Shown here: positions 49,110-60,509 of the stretch, piece after piece
Layout: each line of letters opens with the position of its first letter
How positions within the stretch are numbered: the first letter of the stretch is position 1
NCBI RefSeq assembly: GCF_030028105.1
Contig: NC_092373.1
Coordinates: forward strand, 86,615,288 to 86,679,287
DNA from: Mobula birostris
Lineage: Eukaryota
DNA length: 64,000 nucleotides
Direction: 5' to 3'
Made by a program: the position numbers and the translations under genes
The notes under the pieces: generated by a model
Told to the model about the DNA's origin: nothing
Database searches by the model: none
Seen by the model: only the letters and a program-made list of their open reading frames with translations

Positions 49110-49540
49110 ATTCACTCCTTGATCTCAACTGCCCTTACATATTTACCCACTCAGCATTGATCTCCTGGTCCTCCATGTCCCTTTCCCTGTTAAATACTGA
49201 AGCAAAGTACTCATTAAGTAGCTCACCCGCATTCTCCACATCCAAGCAAATATTACCCCTTTATCCTTGAGTAGTCCCACCCTCTCCCTAGTTATCCTAT
49301 CGCTCCTGATGTATATATAGAATACTTTTGGGGATTGTCCTTAAAGCTACTTGTCAAGGTCTTTTCATGGCCCCTCCTGGTTTTCCTAATTTCTTTCTTT
49401 AGCTCTTTTCTGGTTTCTTTATGCTCTTTGTGTGCTTCATTTGATCGCAACTTCCAAAGCTTTACATACTTTTCCTCCTTCTTCTTGACTAAATTCCTCA
49501 CCTCTCTTGGCATCCAAGGTTCTCGTATTTTCCATCCCTA
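49110..49540 (-). mobile_element. CR1 ORF2 fragment
   Basis: PWMPREV...ELKKEIRKTRRGHEK motif typical of the CR1 EN-RT linker. Confidence 0.7.
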
Positions 49541-50683
49541 AATAACTGTGCTTAATCTGCTTTAATAGCTGGAAACATCTCCTCCTTGGTTCAGAGGGGA
49601 GAACCAACTATTGAAAATAGTGATTATTAACGTATATACCACCTCAGTAAACAGACTAAAGTAATAAGTAAATTAGTCTTTCAACTATATTTTGATATGG
49701 CACAATCTCCCTAAAGTGAGGGTGCTGACAGACGAAAGGTCTTGTCTTAAGCTTAGTTCTCTTGTACAGGTTCACTAAATATCATCATGGTTGGCTGTAA
49801 ATATAAAGGAACAATATACTATTATTTATAATTAGAATTAAATAGCAGTTGTCCACTTCAGAGCTCATTCAACAATTGTTAAGTCACTATGAATAGCTGA
49901 TATCCTGGTTTCTGCAGTTGCTGAGGTTGAAATACAAATATGTTTTGAGTATAGCAGAAATTAGGAATCATAGATTTGATACTCCTCAGGTTGAGCATGA
50001 TGAATATTTTATTCCCTTAGTCACTCAGATAATGAGGCAGTAAATCATAGAGGAAGATGTAGACTAGATAGACCCAATCCTGGATTAATGTCAGCTGGAC
50101 TCCGACCATCACAGTCTGTACTTGTGAACGCTGTTTTGTGCCTAAATTGCTGTTGCAACTAAGAGTTTCATTTTCAATCTGTAAGTCCACTTGGTGCTAA
50201 CAGAAATAAACTCAACTTTGACCTTGACTTTGATCTTTTTCTTAATTATGATTTTCAGATTTTTACAACAACTGGTTTTTAATTACCCAACTTTTTCCTT
50301 TTCCACCTTAAACAAGGAAGTTGCATTTGTGATGTTACTATTCACTGTTCCATTCTGAAACTGACAGGGCTGATGAACTGAATACAAGGCTCTGCTGGAT
50401 CAGCAGGCACATCCTTTAAACCCTCAAATGATGGAAATCCTGAATTCAAAGACTGATTTTAAAATTATTGCATTACAGCTGTTTCACTTTTTGCTTCAGT
50501 TGATTTAAATTAAAATGAATGATTGAAGATTAGTTTCCTCAATTCTATTTTGAAATACTTCAATTATTTGAAAAAAATGTAAAGACAACTACAGAAAGAT
50601 AAGTCACACTGTAATTTCCTGGGTTTATTCACCAACAGCTTCTCTGTATTATCCTTTATTATCCACTCCTATCAGTTCATTTA

Positions 50684-51283
50684 TAACCATATAACCATAT
50701 AACAATTACAGTACGGAAATAGCTGGGCCTCTCGGCCCTTCTAGTCCATGCTGAACTCTTATTCTCACCTAGTCCCACTGACCTGCACTCAGCCCATAAC
50801 CCTCCATTCCTTTCCTGTCCATATAGCTGTCCAGTTTAACTTTAAACGACAACATTGAACCTGCCTCAACCACTTCTGCTGGAAGCTCGTTCTACACAGC
50901 CACCACTCTCTGAGTGAAGTTCCCCCTCATGTTATCCCTAAGGTTTTGCCCTTTAACTCTCAACTCATGTCCTCTTGTTTGAACCTCCCCCACTCTCAAT
51001 GGAAAAAGCCTATCCACGTCAACTCTATCTATCCCTCTCATAATTTTAAATACCTCTATCAAGTCCCCCCTCAGCCTTCTACATTCCAAAGAATAAAGAC
51101 CCAACTTGTTCAACCTTTCTCTGTAACTTAGGTGATGAAACCCAGGTAACATTCTAGTAAACCTTCTCTGTACTCTCTCTATTCTGTTGACATCTTTCCT
51201 ATAATTTAGTGACCAAAATTGTACACAATACTCCAAATCTGGCCTCACCAATGCCTTGTACAATTTCAACATTACATACCAAC
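50684..51283 (-). mobile_element. CR1 3' end
   Basis: LYKALVRPDLEYCVQFWS...RLRGDLIEVFKI; (TTATATGG)n tail; same subfamily as 54614-54900. Confidence 0.9.
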
Positions 51284-51989
51284 TCTGAATTAATATTGCA
51301 GGAAATAACAAACTGAATTTCACAACAGTATTGAGTAGTTGTGGTTAACGTTCTCAGTTGTGCAACTATATTTAATCACACATGCTAGATTCCTACATAT
51401 TAAAGTAACATTGAATTTGGCTTCAGGCATTTGCTTTGACATAATTGATTGATTTAAAGGGCAAATTTGAAAATACAAAGAACAAATGCTGATCTACATT
51501 GAAATGCTAGAAAACACAACAGGAAAGAGCATCTAAGCAAAGAGAAACATGCGATGTTTCAAGTCTTGGATTTTTGTTTGAACAGGTCATCAAGTCCAGA
51601 TTGTTCCTCTGTTCTGGACCTGAAACAATATCTGCTTAGGATTAGAACTGTTGGTCTGACAGCTATGACTTTCATACCTGAAAATAAAGCTTGGAAAATA
51701 CCACATTCTCTGCCTGTGGTTCATCTTTCTATTTGGGCTTAGGTCCAAGTAATGCTACTGGTTCAGAATAAAAATGCCTAGGGCAGATTGTGGTAAACAA
51801 AAGAGCATTTCAGATTTCACAAGAAAATTGGGACCAGATTACAAAGAAAAGCTCCAAATATTTCTTTCAGCTACTTGTTCATCGCACCAGAGGACCACAT
51901 TCCATGCAAATTGTAAATCACATTTCCACCTTGCTGATAATTAACACTGGTGCAATCTTTTGGGATGTCAGAAAAGACCACATTGCTAA

Positions 51990-52620
51990 TACTCCCTGTA
52001 CTCTTCATCAGGTAAAGACCAGACCTACTGCTCTTCTAGACGCAACTCAGGGAGCATCAATTTGGCCATACACGTTTGAGGAGGCCTCTGATTTAGACTT
52101 TTTCTGTGGCAGTGAACAGAGAGACTTCTCTGTAGTTGCCATATTCCATTTAATCACATTTCTTACAATGGTCACGATAATGGCATTTCTTGAGTTCACT
52201 TCATGTCCTCTTCTTCCTCAATATGGGAGTCAAAGTTTGTGGCTGCAATTCCTGAAGGACAATTGTTAACAGCTAAGCAGTGATAGGCCTGTTCTAAAGG
52301 TCTTACTGTTTTCTATTTGTTATAAGACTTCTCAACAGTCTGGGGTGGTGGTGAGACTTAACTGGCTAGTTTGTGCAGAATGGAGTCATTAAAACCTATG
52401 TCAAAGGCAGAGTCATAGTTGAGAAGATACTCCTCTTGAATGCTGAGCACCTTGATAAGCTCTCCTGCATTTTTTAGTTCTTAGTAAAGTCAGTCCTAGG
52501 GAGTTTCGATTTGACAGCAGTGAAGAGCTTGCAAGTGCTTCATTTGCGAGTTACTGGGACATTTGTGTTGTTCCTCATGCCAATGGCTGAGGAGATGGAG
52601 TGATTCACTGGAAACATACA
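51990..52620 (-). mobile_element. Old RTE-type LINE fragments
   Basis: EEEDM..NAIIVTI and YGNYREVSL motifs on minus; heavily decayed. Confidence 0.5.
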
Positions 52621-54051
52621 GTGGGACGATCAGGAGAGCTTTCAAAATAGATTATTGTTATATACACCAAAGTGCAATGAAATTCATTGCTCACATGAAG
52701 CTCTCAGAGTAAGAACAGCAAGTACATAGATAATTCTATTACAGCTGGGAAGATGCCAGATCTAGTCTTTGGAAATATGTACAATGGATAAATGGGAGAC
52801 TATTTAAAGGAGATAGTAACTGTAACTTAGGTGATTTGGTAAAATGGTTTATTATTATGGTCACATGTACTGAGGGACAGTGAAAATTGTGTCTTGTATA
52901 TCTTCCATACAAATCAATTCATTACACTTCATTGAGATGGTACAAGGGATATCAATAACAGGATGCAGAAAAAAGTGTTACAGTACAGGGAAAGTGCTGT
53001 GCAGCCAGACAGTAACCTGCAAGGTTGCAACAAGGTAGATTGTGACATCATAAGTCTTTCTTATCATTGTAGGGTTTATTAAATCCCGATAATGATCCGA
53101 CTATTGAATTGTTCCACTAACAGTGGGCTGGAAGCTATCCTTGAGCCTGATGGCATCTTCTACCCAATGAGAGAGGGGATAAGACTGGGGGGGGGGGGGT
53201 GGGATCTTTGATTATGTTGACTGCTTTATCAAGGCAGAGTCCTTGGATGGGGAGATACATTTCTGTGGTGTGCCAAGCTGTGTCCACGACTCTCTGCAGT
53301 TTCTTGTGATCACATGTAGAGCAGTTGCGGTATAAGCCGTTATACATCTGGATAGGACACCTTCTATGGTGCATTATAAAAATTGGTGAGGGCGCAAAGA
53401 GACAAACCAAACTTGTGAAGCACCCTGAGGAAGGAGAAGCACTAGTGATCTTCCTTGGCCATGGCAGCAAGGTGGTTGGTCAAGGACAGACTATTGGTGA
53501 TGTTCACTCCTCAGAACTTGAAACACTTTGTCTTCTCGACCACAGCTGATATAAACAAGAGTAAGTGCAATCTCCCCCAACCACCCACCCACCTCAAAGT
53601 CAATGCCCATCTCTTTTGTTTTGCTCACACATTGAGGGAAAAGTTGTTGTCATGACACTGTGTCACTAGGTTCTCTAATTCCCTCCTGTACTCTGACTCA
53701 TCACGATTTGAGATATGGCCCCCTACAGTGACATCATCTGCAAACTTGTAGATGGAATTAGAGGACAATCTGAATGCACAGTCATGAGTGTTCATGGAGT
53801 CGAGTAGGGTGCTGAGGACACAGCTTTGTGGGGCACCAGTATTGAGAATAATTGTGGCAGAGGTGGTGCTGCCTGTTGTTATTGATTGTGTCTGTTGGTC
53901 AGGAAGTCAAGGATACAATAGTAAGGAGAAGTGTTGAGTTCCAGGTTTAGGAGTTTCAACGTGGGTTTTCTTAGAATTAGAGTATTAAAGGTTTCAAAGG
54001 TTTCATCCATACATTTAATGTCAGAGAAATGTATACAATATACTTCCTGAA

Positions 54052-54187
54052 CACGAGGAATTCTGCAGATGCTGGAAATTCAAGCAACACACATAAAAAA
54101 TGCTGGTGGACGCAGCAGGCCAGGCAGCATCTATAGGAAGAGGTACAGTCGACGTTTCAGGCCTGCTGCATTCACCAGCGTTTTTTG
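54052..54187. mobile_element. Short fold-back PLE tail insertion
   Basis: Minus tail switches to plus tail at GGCC; 15-bp TSD AATATAC(T/A)TCCTGAA at 54037-54051 and 54188-54202. Confidence 0.85.
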
Positions 54188-54613
54188 AATATACATCCTG
54201 AAATGCTTTTCCTTCTCAACCATTCACGAAAACAGAGGAGTGCCCCCAAAGAACGAACGGCAGTTAAAAGTTAGAACTGCAAAGTCCGCCCAGCTCCCCT
54301 CCCTCCCATGTGAAAGCAGCAGCAAGCAACAATCCCTCTCCCCCCATCAGGACCCGACACTGAGCACTCAAGCGTAAGCAAGGCAACAATAATGACACAG
54401 ACTTGCAGTTGTCCAAAGACTACATTGTTCACCCAGCATTCGATATACCACAGGCTCTCTCTCTCCCTAAGATGGGAGAAAGACATGTCTCAGTTTCACA
54501 GCGAGAGTGGAAGCATAAACAAACAACTCGCTGGTTTACGATCTTAAAACTCTGTTGCGTTGCTTTTTCCGAGCTCTGTGCCCAAAGATCTCGGGCCTTC
54601 AATTCAAACAAGA

Positions 54614-54900
54614 GGACCTGAGTTGAAGTTAAAGGGCAAAAGTTTAGGGGTAACATGAGGGGGATCTTCTTCACTCAGAGAGTGGTAGCTGTGTGGAACG
54701 AGCTTCCAGCAGAAGTGGTTGAGGCAGGTTCGATGCTGTCGTTTAAAGTTAAGTTGGACAGCTATATGGTCAGGAAAGGAATGGAGGGTTATGGGCTGAG
54801 TATAGGTCAGTGGGACTAGGTGAGAGTAAGAGTTTGGCATGGACTAGAAGGGCCGCGATGACCTGTTTCTGTGTTCTAATTGTTATATGGTTTATATGGT
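54614..54900 (+). mobile_element. CR1 3' end
   Basis: Closely similar to the reverse complement of 50684-50975; TTATATGG tail. Confidence 0.85.
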
Positions 54901-56186
54901 CTCTGGGCACACAGCCATGGATCTTCCATCTCCCAGTCTCCTGCTTGGACACCAGCTTCCGATCCCCCCCACCTCCAGAGTCACGAAAACTCGGTCCTCT
55001 GAAGGCGTTTGGAGCTCTTAGGCTAAGCCCTTGGTGTGCTGAACAACAGCCAGTTATGAAACCCCGACAGCTGGTCCCATTCCTGCAAAGAGTCGAAGTC
55101 AGCGTGTAACTCCAGGTCAGGGTCTTCAAAAGAACCCAGAAAGGGAAAAAGAGAGATATTAAAGATGGAAATAGAGCTGTTTCTGAAGATGCAAGCAAAG
55201 GGGTCGTTGTAGTGGACCTGTCGTCAATAAACAATAGTCTAATTTATGTGGCTATACAGTCCTGATGCTCCAGAGTTGAGTGTGGAGCCAAGGAGATGAT
55301 GTTTACTGTAGACCAGTTTTAGTAGAAGGTGAATTGCAGTGAGTCGAGTTTGTCTGGGGGGGTTGGAGTTGATATGTGCCATGACCAGCCTCTCAAAGCA
55401 CTTAATCAAAGTGGATGCCTCAGGCACTGGAGTAGATATTAAGCAACATTATTTTGTTTTATTGTTAGTAGAATGTTAGAGGTCTTCTTAAAGCAGGTGA
55501 GAACCTCAGATTGAAGCAGGGACAGGTTAAAAATGTTTGGAAATGATCCTGCGCCCGCCCCCCCCCCGGCAGGCTGAGGTTCTAAGGACACAGGCAAGAA
55601 CACCATTTCAACTATTGTGTGACGAGAGAAGTAGGCAAGGATGGTAAGGACCCAGGTTCTGCAGTATCCAAGACTAGATACGAGACAGAGACAAGAACAG
55701 GGTTTGAAACTAGATGCCAAATGAGAATCCAAAGTTGAACTGACGATTGAACACCAGACCTCAGTTCAGCTTCCTGCTGCACCTGGTGACCCTGTGATCT
55801 CTGTCTCAGATACCGATGTTAGGCTGTCTTTAAAGAGGGTAAACCCTCGCAAGGCGGAAGGTCCCGATCGAGTACCTGCTAAGTCTCTGAAAACCTGTGC
55901 CAATCAACTAATGGGAGTATTCAAGGCATTTTCACCCTCTCACTGCTACGGGCAGAAGTTCCCACTTGCTTCAAAAAGGCAACAATTATACCAGTGCCTA
56001 AGAAGAACAATGTGGGCTGCCTTAATGACTATCACACAGTAGCACTCACATCTACAGTGATGAAATGCTTTGAGAGGTTGGTCATGGCTAGACTGAACTC
56101 CTGCCTCAGTGAGGATCCTGATCCATTGCAATTTGCCTATCGCCACAGTAGGTCAACTGTAGATGCAATCTCAAAGGCTCTTCCAT

Positions 56187-56583
56187 GGAGCGTAGAAGAA
56201 TGAGGGGTGATTTGATAGAGGTATATAAAATTATGATGGGTATAGATAGAGTGAATGCAAGCAGGCGTTTTCCACTGAGGCAAGGGGAGAAAAAACATGG
56301 GTTAAGGGTGAGGGGGGAAAAGTTTAAAGGGAACATTAGGGGGGGGCTTCTTCACACAGAGAGTGGTGGGAGTATGGAATGAGCTGCCAGACGAGGTTGT
56401 AAATGCGGGTTCTTTTTTAACATTTAAGAATAAATTGGACAGATACATGGATGGGAGGTGTATGGAGGGATATGGTCCGTGTGCAGGTCAGTGGGACTAG
56501 GCAGAAAATGGTTCGGCACAGCCAAGAAGGGCCAAAGGGCCTGTTTCTGTGCTGTAGTTTCTATGGTTCTATGGTTCTATGGT
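56187..56583 (+). mobile_element. CR1 3' end
   Basis: ERRRMRGDLIEVYKIM; (TTCTATGG)n tail. Confidence 0.88.
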
Positions 56584-57981
56584 TTAGATGACCTGGACAA
56601 CACAAACACCCATGTCAGGATGCTGATCATCGACTATAGCTCAGCATTTAATACCATCATTCCCACAATCCTGATTGAAAAGTTGCAGAACTTGGGCCTT
56701 TGTACCTCCCTCTGCAATTGGACCCTTGACTTCCTAACCAGAAGACCACAATCTGTGTGGATTGGTGATAACGTATCCTCTTTGCTGACAATCCACACTG
56801 GCGCACCTCAGGGGTGTGTGCTTAGACCACTGCTCTACTCTCTATACCCATGACTGTGTGGCTAGGCTTGGCTCAAATACCATCTATAAATTTGCTGAAA
56901 ATACAACCATTGTTTGTCAGAATCTCAGATGATGACGAGAGGGTGTACAAGAGTGAGATATGCCAGCTACAAACGTAGTTGAGTGCTGCCGCAGCAACAA
57001 CCTGGCACTCAACGTCAGTAAGACAGAAGAGCTGATTGTGGACTTCAGGAAGGGTAAGATGAAGGAACACATACCAATCCTCACAGAGCGATCAGAAGTG
57101 GAGAGAGTGAGCAGTTTCAAGTTCCTGGGTGTCAAGTTCTCTGAGGATCTGACCTGGTCCTAACATATCAACGTAGTTATAAAGAAGGTAAGACAGCGAC
57201 TAAACTTCATTAGCAGTTTGAAGAGATTTGTTTTGTCAACAAATGCACTCAAAAACTTCTATAGATGTAACATGGAGAGCATTCTGACAGGCTGCATCAC
57301 TGTCTGGTATGGGGGAGGGGGCTACTGCACAGGACCGAAAAAAGCTGCAGAGAGTTGTAAATTTAGTCAGCTCCATCTGTCATAAGGGGGTGTTGGGAGC
57401 AGACCCAAATTCAAGACACAGACTCTGAAGTACTACGAACACGACAAGGTTTAACAAGAAAGCAAGGGGAGTCAGGAAGAAACGACACTGGACAAGGACA
57501 CAGGCTCTAGACGAGACAAGGACACCAGGCCTGGGCTAGGACTAAGAATAGGAAAGCGGGATCAGGACAAGGAACTTGGAACTAGGAGCCTGGGCTAAGG
57601 CTCCGAGCCAGAGACTGGACGGGGACCCGGAACCTGGGTCTTGACTCAGGCTCCGACCCCGGATCTAGGCAAGGACAAGTCATGGTTACAGGACTGGACA
57701 TGGCTAGGCTTCAGGACTGGAAATGGAACTCCCGCACAGGACGAGGCAGATAGGCAGGACAAGAACACAAAGCCTTGACTTGGACAGGACGAGGTTCTTG
57801 GACTAGGCTTGGACAGGATGAGGAATCTCCAGCACAGAACGAGGAATCTCCAGCACTGTGCTGGGCAAGGTACCAGAACTGGATGAGGACACGAAGCTCA
57901 GACTTGGCCAGGGCTGGAACACAGCGCCTGGACTAGGTCTGGGAGTGCAGGAACACAGAGCTTTGGACTTGAGCATGGGAA

Positions 57982-58115
57982 CTCAGAGCCTCGGACGTGG
58001 ACTGGACGCTCCGAGCCTCGGATGTGGACTGGATGCTCAGAGCCTCGGATGCGGACTGGACGCTCAGAGCCTCGAACGTGGACTGGGCACTCCGAGCCTC
58101 AGACATGGACTGGAT
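57982..58115. repeat. 27-bp minisatellite (~5 units) inside the LTR
   Basis: Unit approximately CTCAGAGCCTCGGATGTGGACTGGACG, head to tail. Confidence 0.85.
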
Positions 58116-58603
58116 GAGGTGCTCCAGGTCAGGACAAGGCTCTTGGTCTAGGTTTGGCTTGGATGTTGGACTCGGCTTGGTTAGGCTCTTGGGTATGGAG
58201 CCGGGACTCCTCCTTGGAGCGCAGGGCCGGGACCCTTTCTAAGACGCAGGGCCGCGACCACTGCTGAGGACACTTGCCAAGGGAACTGCAGAGGGACTCC
58301 TGGACTGGATGAGAACTCGAAGCCTTGACTTGGACAGGACTGGAACATGGCATCCAGAACTTGGAACACAGGAACACAGAACACAGAACCAGACCCCTCC
58401 TTGAGAACAGGACCTAGGGCCAGGACTCTTCTTTGACATGGACACTGAACACGGGGACACAAAGAGATAGTTCCAAACTCAACAATAGATAGTTCCTTAT
58501 CTTGACGTGGCAAGGCTCCACTCTCACTTCAGCGGTTGAACATGACGGGGATGCAGGCAAGGCTTCAGAAGGAAGAGGAAGGGAGCAGTCCAGCAGGGGG
58601 ATC

Positions 58604-59916
58604 TTCTACTTCCTCGTCTTGTGTTGTTTTATGGCGGTTGGCAAACAGCTTTAAGGTGCATTACCGTCACCTACTAGACTGGAGTGTGGATCGTTGGATA
58701 AACAGGAGAAGGGAAAAAAATTGCATTCCCTAAATTCTATATAATAAATCTGAGTCTTTCGGACACTTCATGATACAAATCTGTATTTCTCTTGAATTCC
58801 CACTTAAAATGTCTTCTATACCCACATCAGTTTTTTTTTGTTTATCTTAAGTGCTCCTATCATCTTCACTCTTTCTTTTTGATACTTCTTACATTTTATC
58901 AATACATGTTCAACTGTTTCTGGTTGATTACAGAATTCACACAACTCAGTTGGATGTTTCCATATTTTGTGTAATGTGTAATTAAGACTAGTGTGTCCAA
59001 TTCTCAAACGACTGATGACCACTTCTTTCTATATCCACTTGACAATCTTTTGTATCTGACTTGCCTCTGTATTTTGTACAGTTGTCTCCCTGTTTCACTC
59101 TCATCCCAATGCTTCTGCCATGTCTCCTCAATACGTGTTTTAATAATGCTCTTGACTTCCGCTTTGCTAAGAGTGATTTGGGCCTCTATTATTGACGATT
59201 TGAGTGATTGTTTAGCTATACTATCCACCTTTTCATTGCCTTCCACTCCACAATGATCAAGAACCCAAAGAAAGCTTACTTCTACCCCATTTTTGGTGAA
59301 TGTATATAACTTGTACAGAATCTCCAATAAAATATCCTGTCTACATTCTGATTTTCTTGATTTGATCGAGGTTAATGCAGGTAGACTGTCTGAACAGGTT
59401 GCAGCTTTTTTGATATTATTTTCTTCTATCCAAGATAATACACTCAATATTGCCATTAATTCTGTTGTAGACACTGATAAGTGGTTTGATGTTATTTTCC
59501 TGATACTAGTTTTGCACTGAGGAATGTAGACTGAAGTACCTGTGGCCAGATCTAGGGTCTTTTGATCCATCCGTAAATATTACAAGATCATTTCTAAAAT
59601 GCAAGTCTATATATTCTTGTACTACCTGTTTGATTCCATAGTTAGACTTCTTTTTTAAAAGTTGTTGCAGGTTTATATCTACTGTATGCATTGTAAAGAG
59701 CCATGGAGGAGCATCAGATATTAGAACTGTAGGGTTATCTTCCATTTCGTGTAGACCATACTTTTGTGCTGCTGCATCCCCGATCCATCCAAAGCTATTA
59801 TAACTTGACTGATTATGTTCCCAGCAGTCTTTTAATATAGCTTTAGCTGGATGTGAGTAGTCCCATGATGTTAACCCATCAATTTAGCATTAGCTTTCTT
59901 CTTCTAAGTCTTAATG
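58604..59916 (-). mobile_element. 5'-truncated RNase H-containing LINE (Nimb/I clade)
   Basis: IFTDGSK, ELMAI, CSDS, FLWV.DH.GVEGNEKVD, RLRIGHT, C..C...ETVEHVLIKC; 13-bp TSD CAGCAGGGGGATC at 58591-58603 and 59917-59929. Confidence 0.88.
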
Positions 59917-60509
59917 CAGCAGGGGGATCCTTGGTTTTAGAGGTATTTATGTGCCAGCAGAAAACGAGGATCAGGTGCCTCAATTAAGGCACTCAATGGA
60001 ACAAGGGAAAACAGGAAAACCCAGAATAAGGAATCGATGGACCGGACTGTGAACCGGAATGCGGACTTCACGGACCAGACCATGACACCATCTTTTGTAC
60101 TAGCCTACAAAGTACCCAGGATATCTTCAGGGAGCAGTGTCTCAGAAAGGCAGTGTCCATTATTAAGGACCTCCGGCACCCCGGGCATGACCTTTCCTCA
60201 CTGTTACCATCAGGCAGGAGATACAGAAGCCTGAAGACACACACTCAGTGATTCAGGAACAACTTCTTCTCCTCTGCCATCCGATTCCTAAATGGACATG
60301 GAACCCTTGAACACTGCCTCAGTTTTTAAACATATATTATTTCTGTTTTTGCACGATTTAAATCTTTTCAGTATATGTATACTGCAGTTGATTTATTTAT
60401 TTATTATTGTTTCTTCTATATTATGTATTGCATTGAACTGCTGCTGCTAAGTTAACAAAATTCATGACACATGCCGGTGATAATAAACCTCATTCTCATT
60501 CTGATTCTG

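Larger units (their letters stand above)
52845..55540 (-). mobile_element. Rex1/Babar-type LINE interrupted by a non-coding retroposon (~53990-55210)
   Basis: KCFERLVMAHIN and CFKKT (55240-55540); GAPQ, YKFADD, NNFSLNVSKTK and KKLQRVV (53150-53990); 3' UTR with AATAAA near 52850. Confidence 0.75.
57378..60087 (-). mobile_element. Solo LTR of the sushi-type family, split by a LINE
   Basis: TGTCAT...ATGACA ends; perfect TSD CCATC (57373-57377, 60088-60092); termini homologous to the LTRs at 23962-26224. Confidence 0.9.

Noticed and set aside
50270-50450. Possible minus-strand exon after a TTCAG acceptor (FPSFEGLKDVPADPAEPC...) in non-repetitive sequence
   Set aside because: Short, no protein family recognised, no partner exons; needs RNA-seq or BLASTX.
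57982-58115. Regular 27-bp repeats resembling a CRISPR array
   Set aside because: Units are head to tail with no unique spacers, lie inside a eukaryotic LTR, and there are no cas genes.
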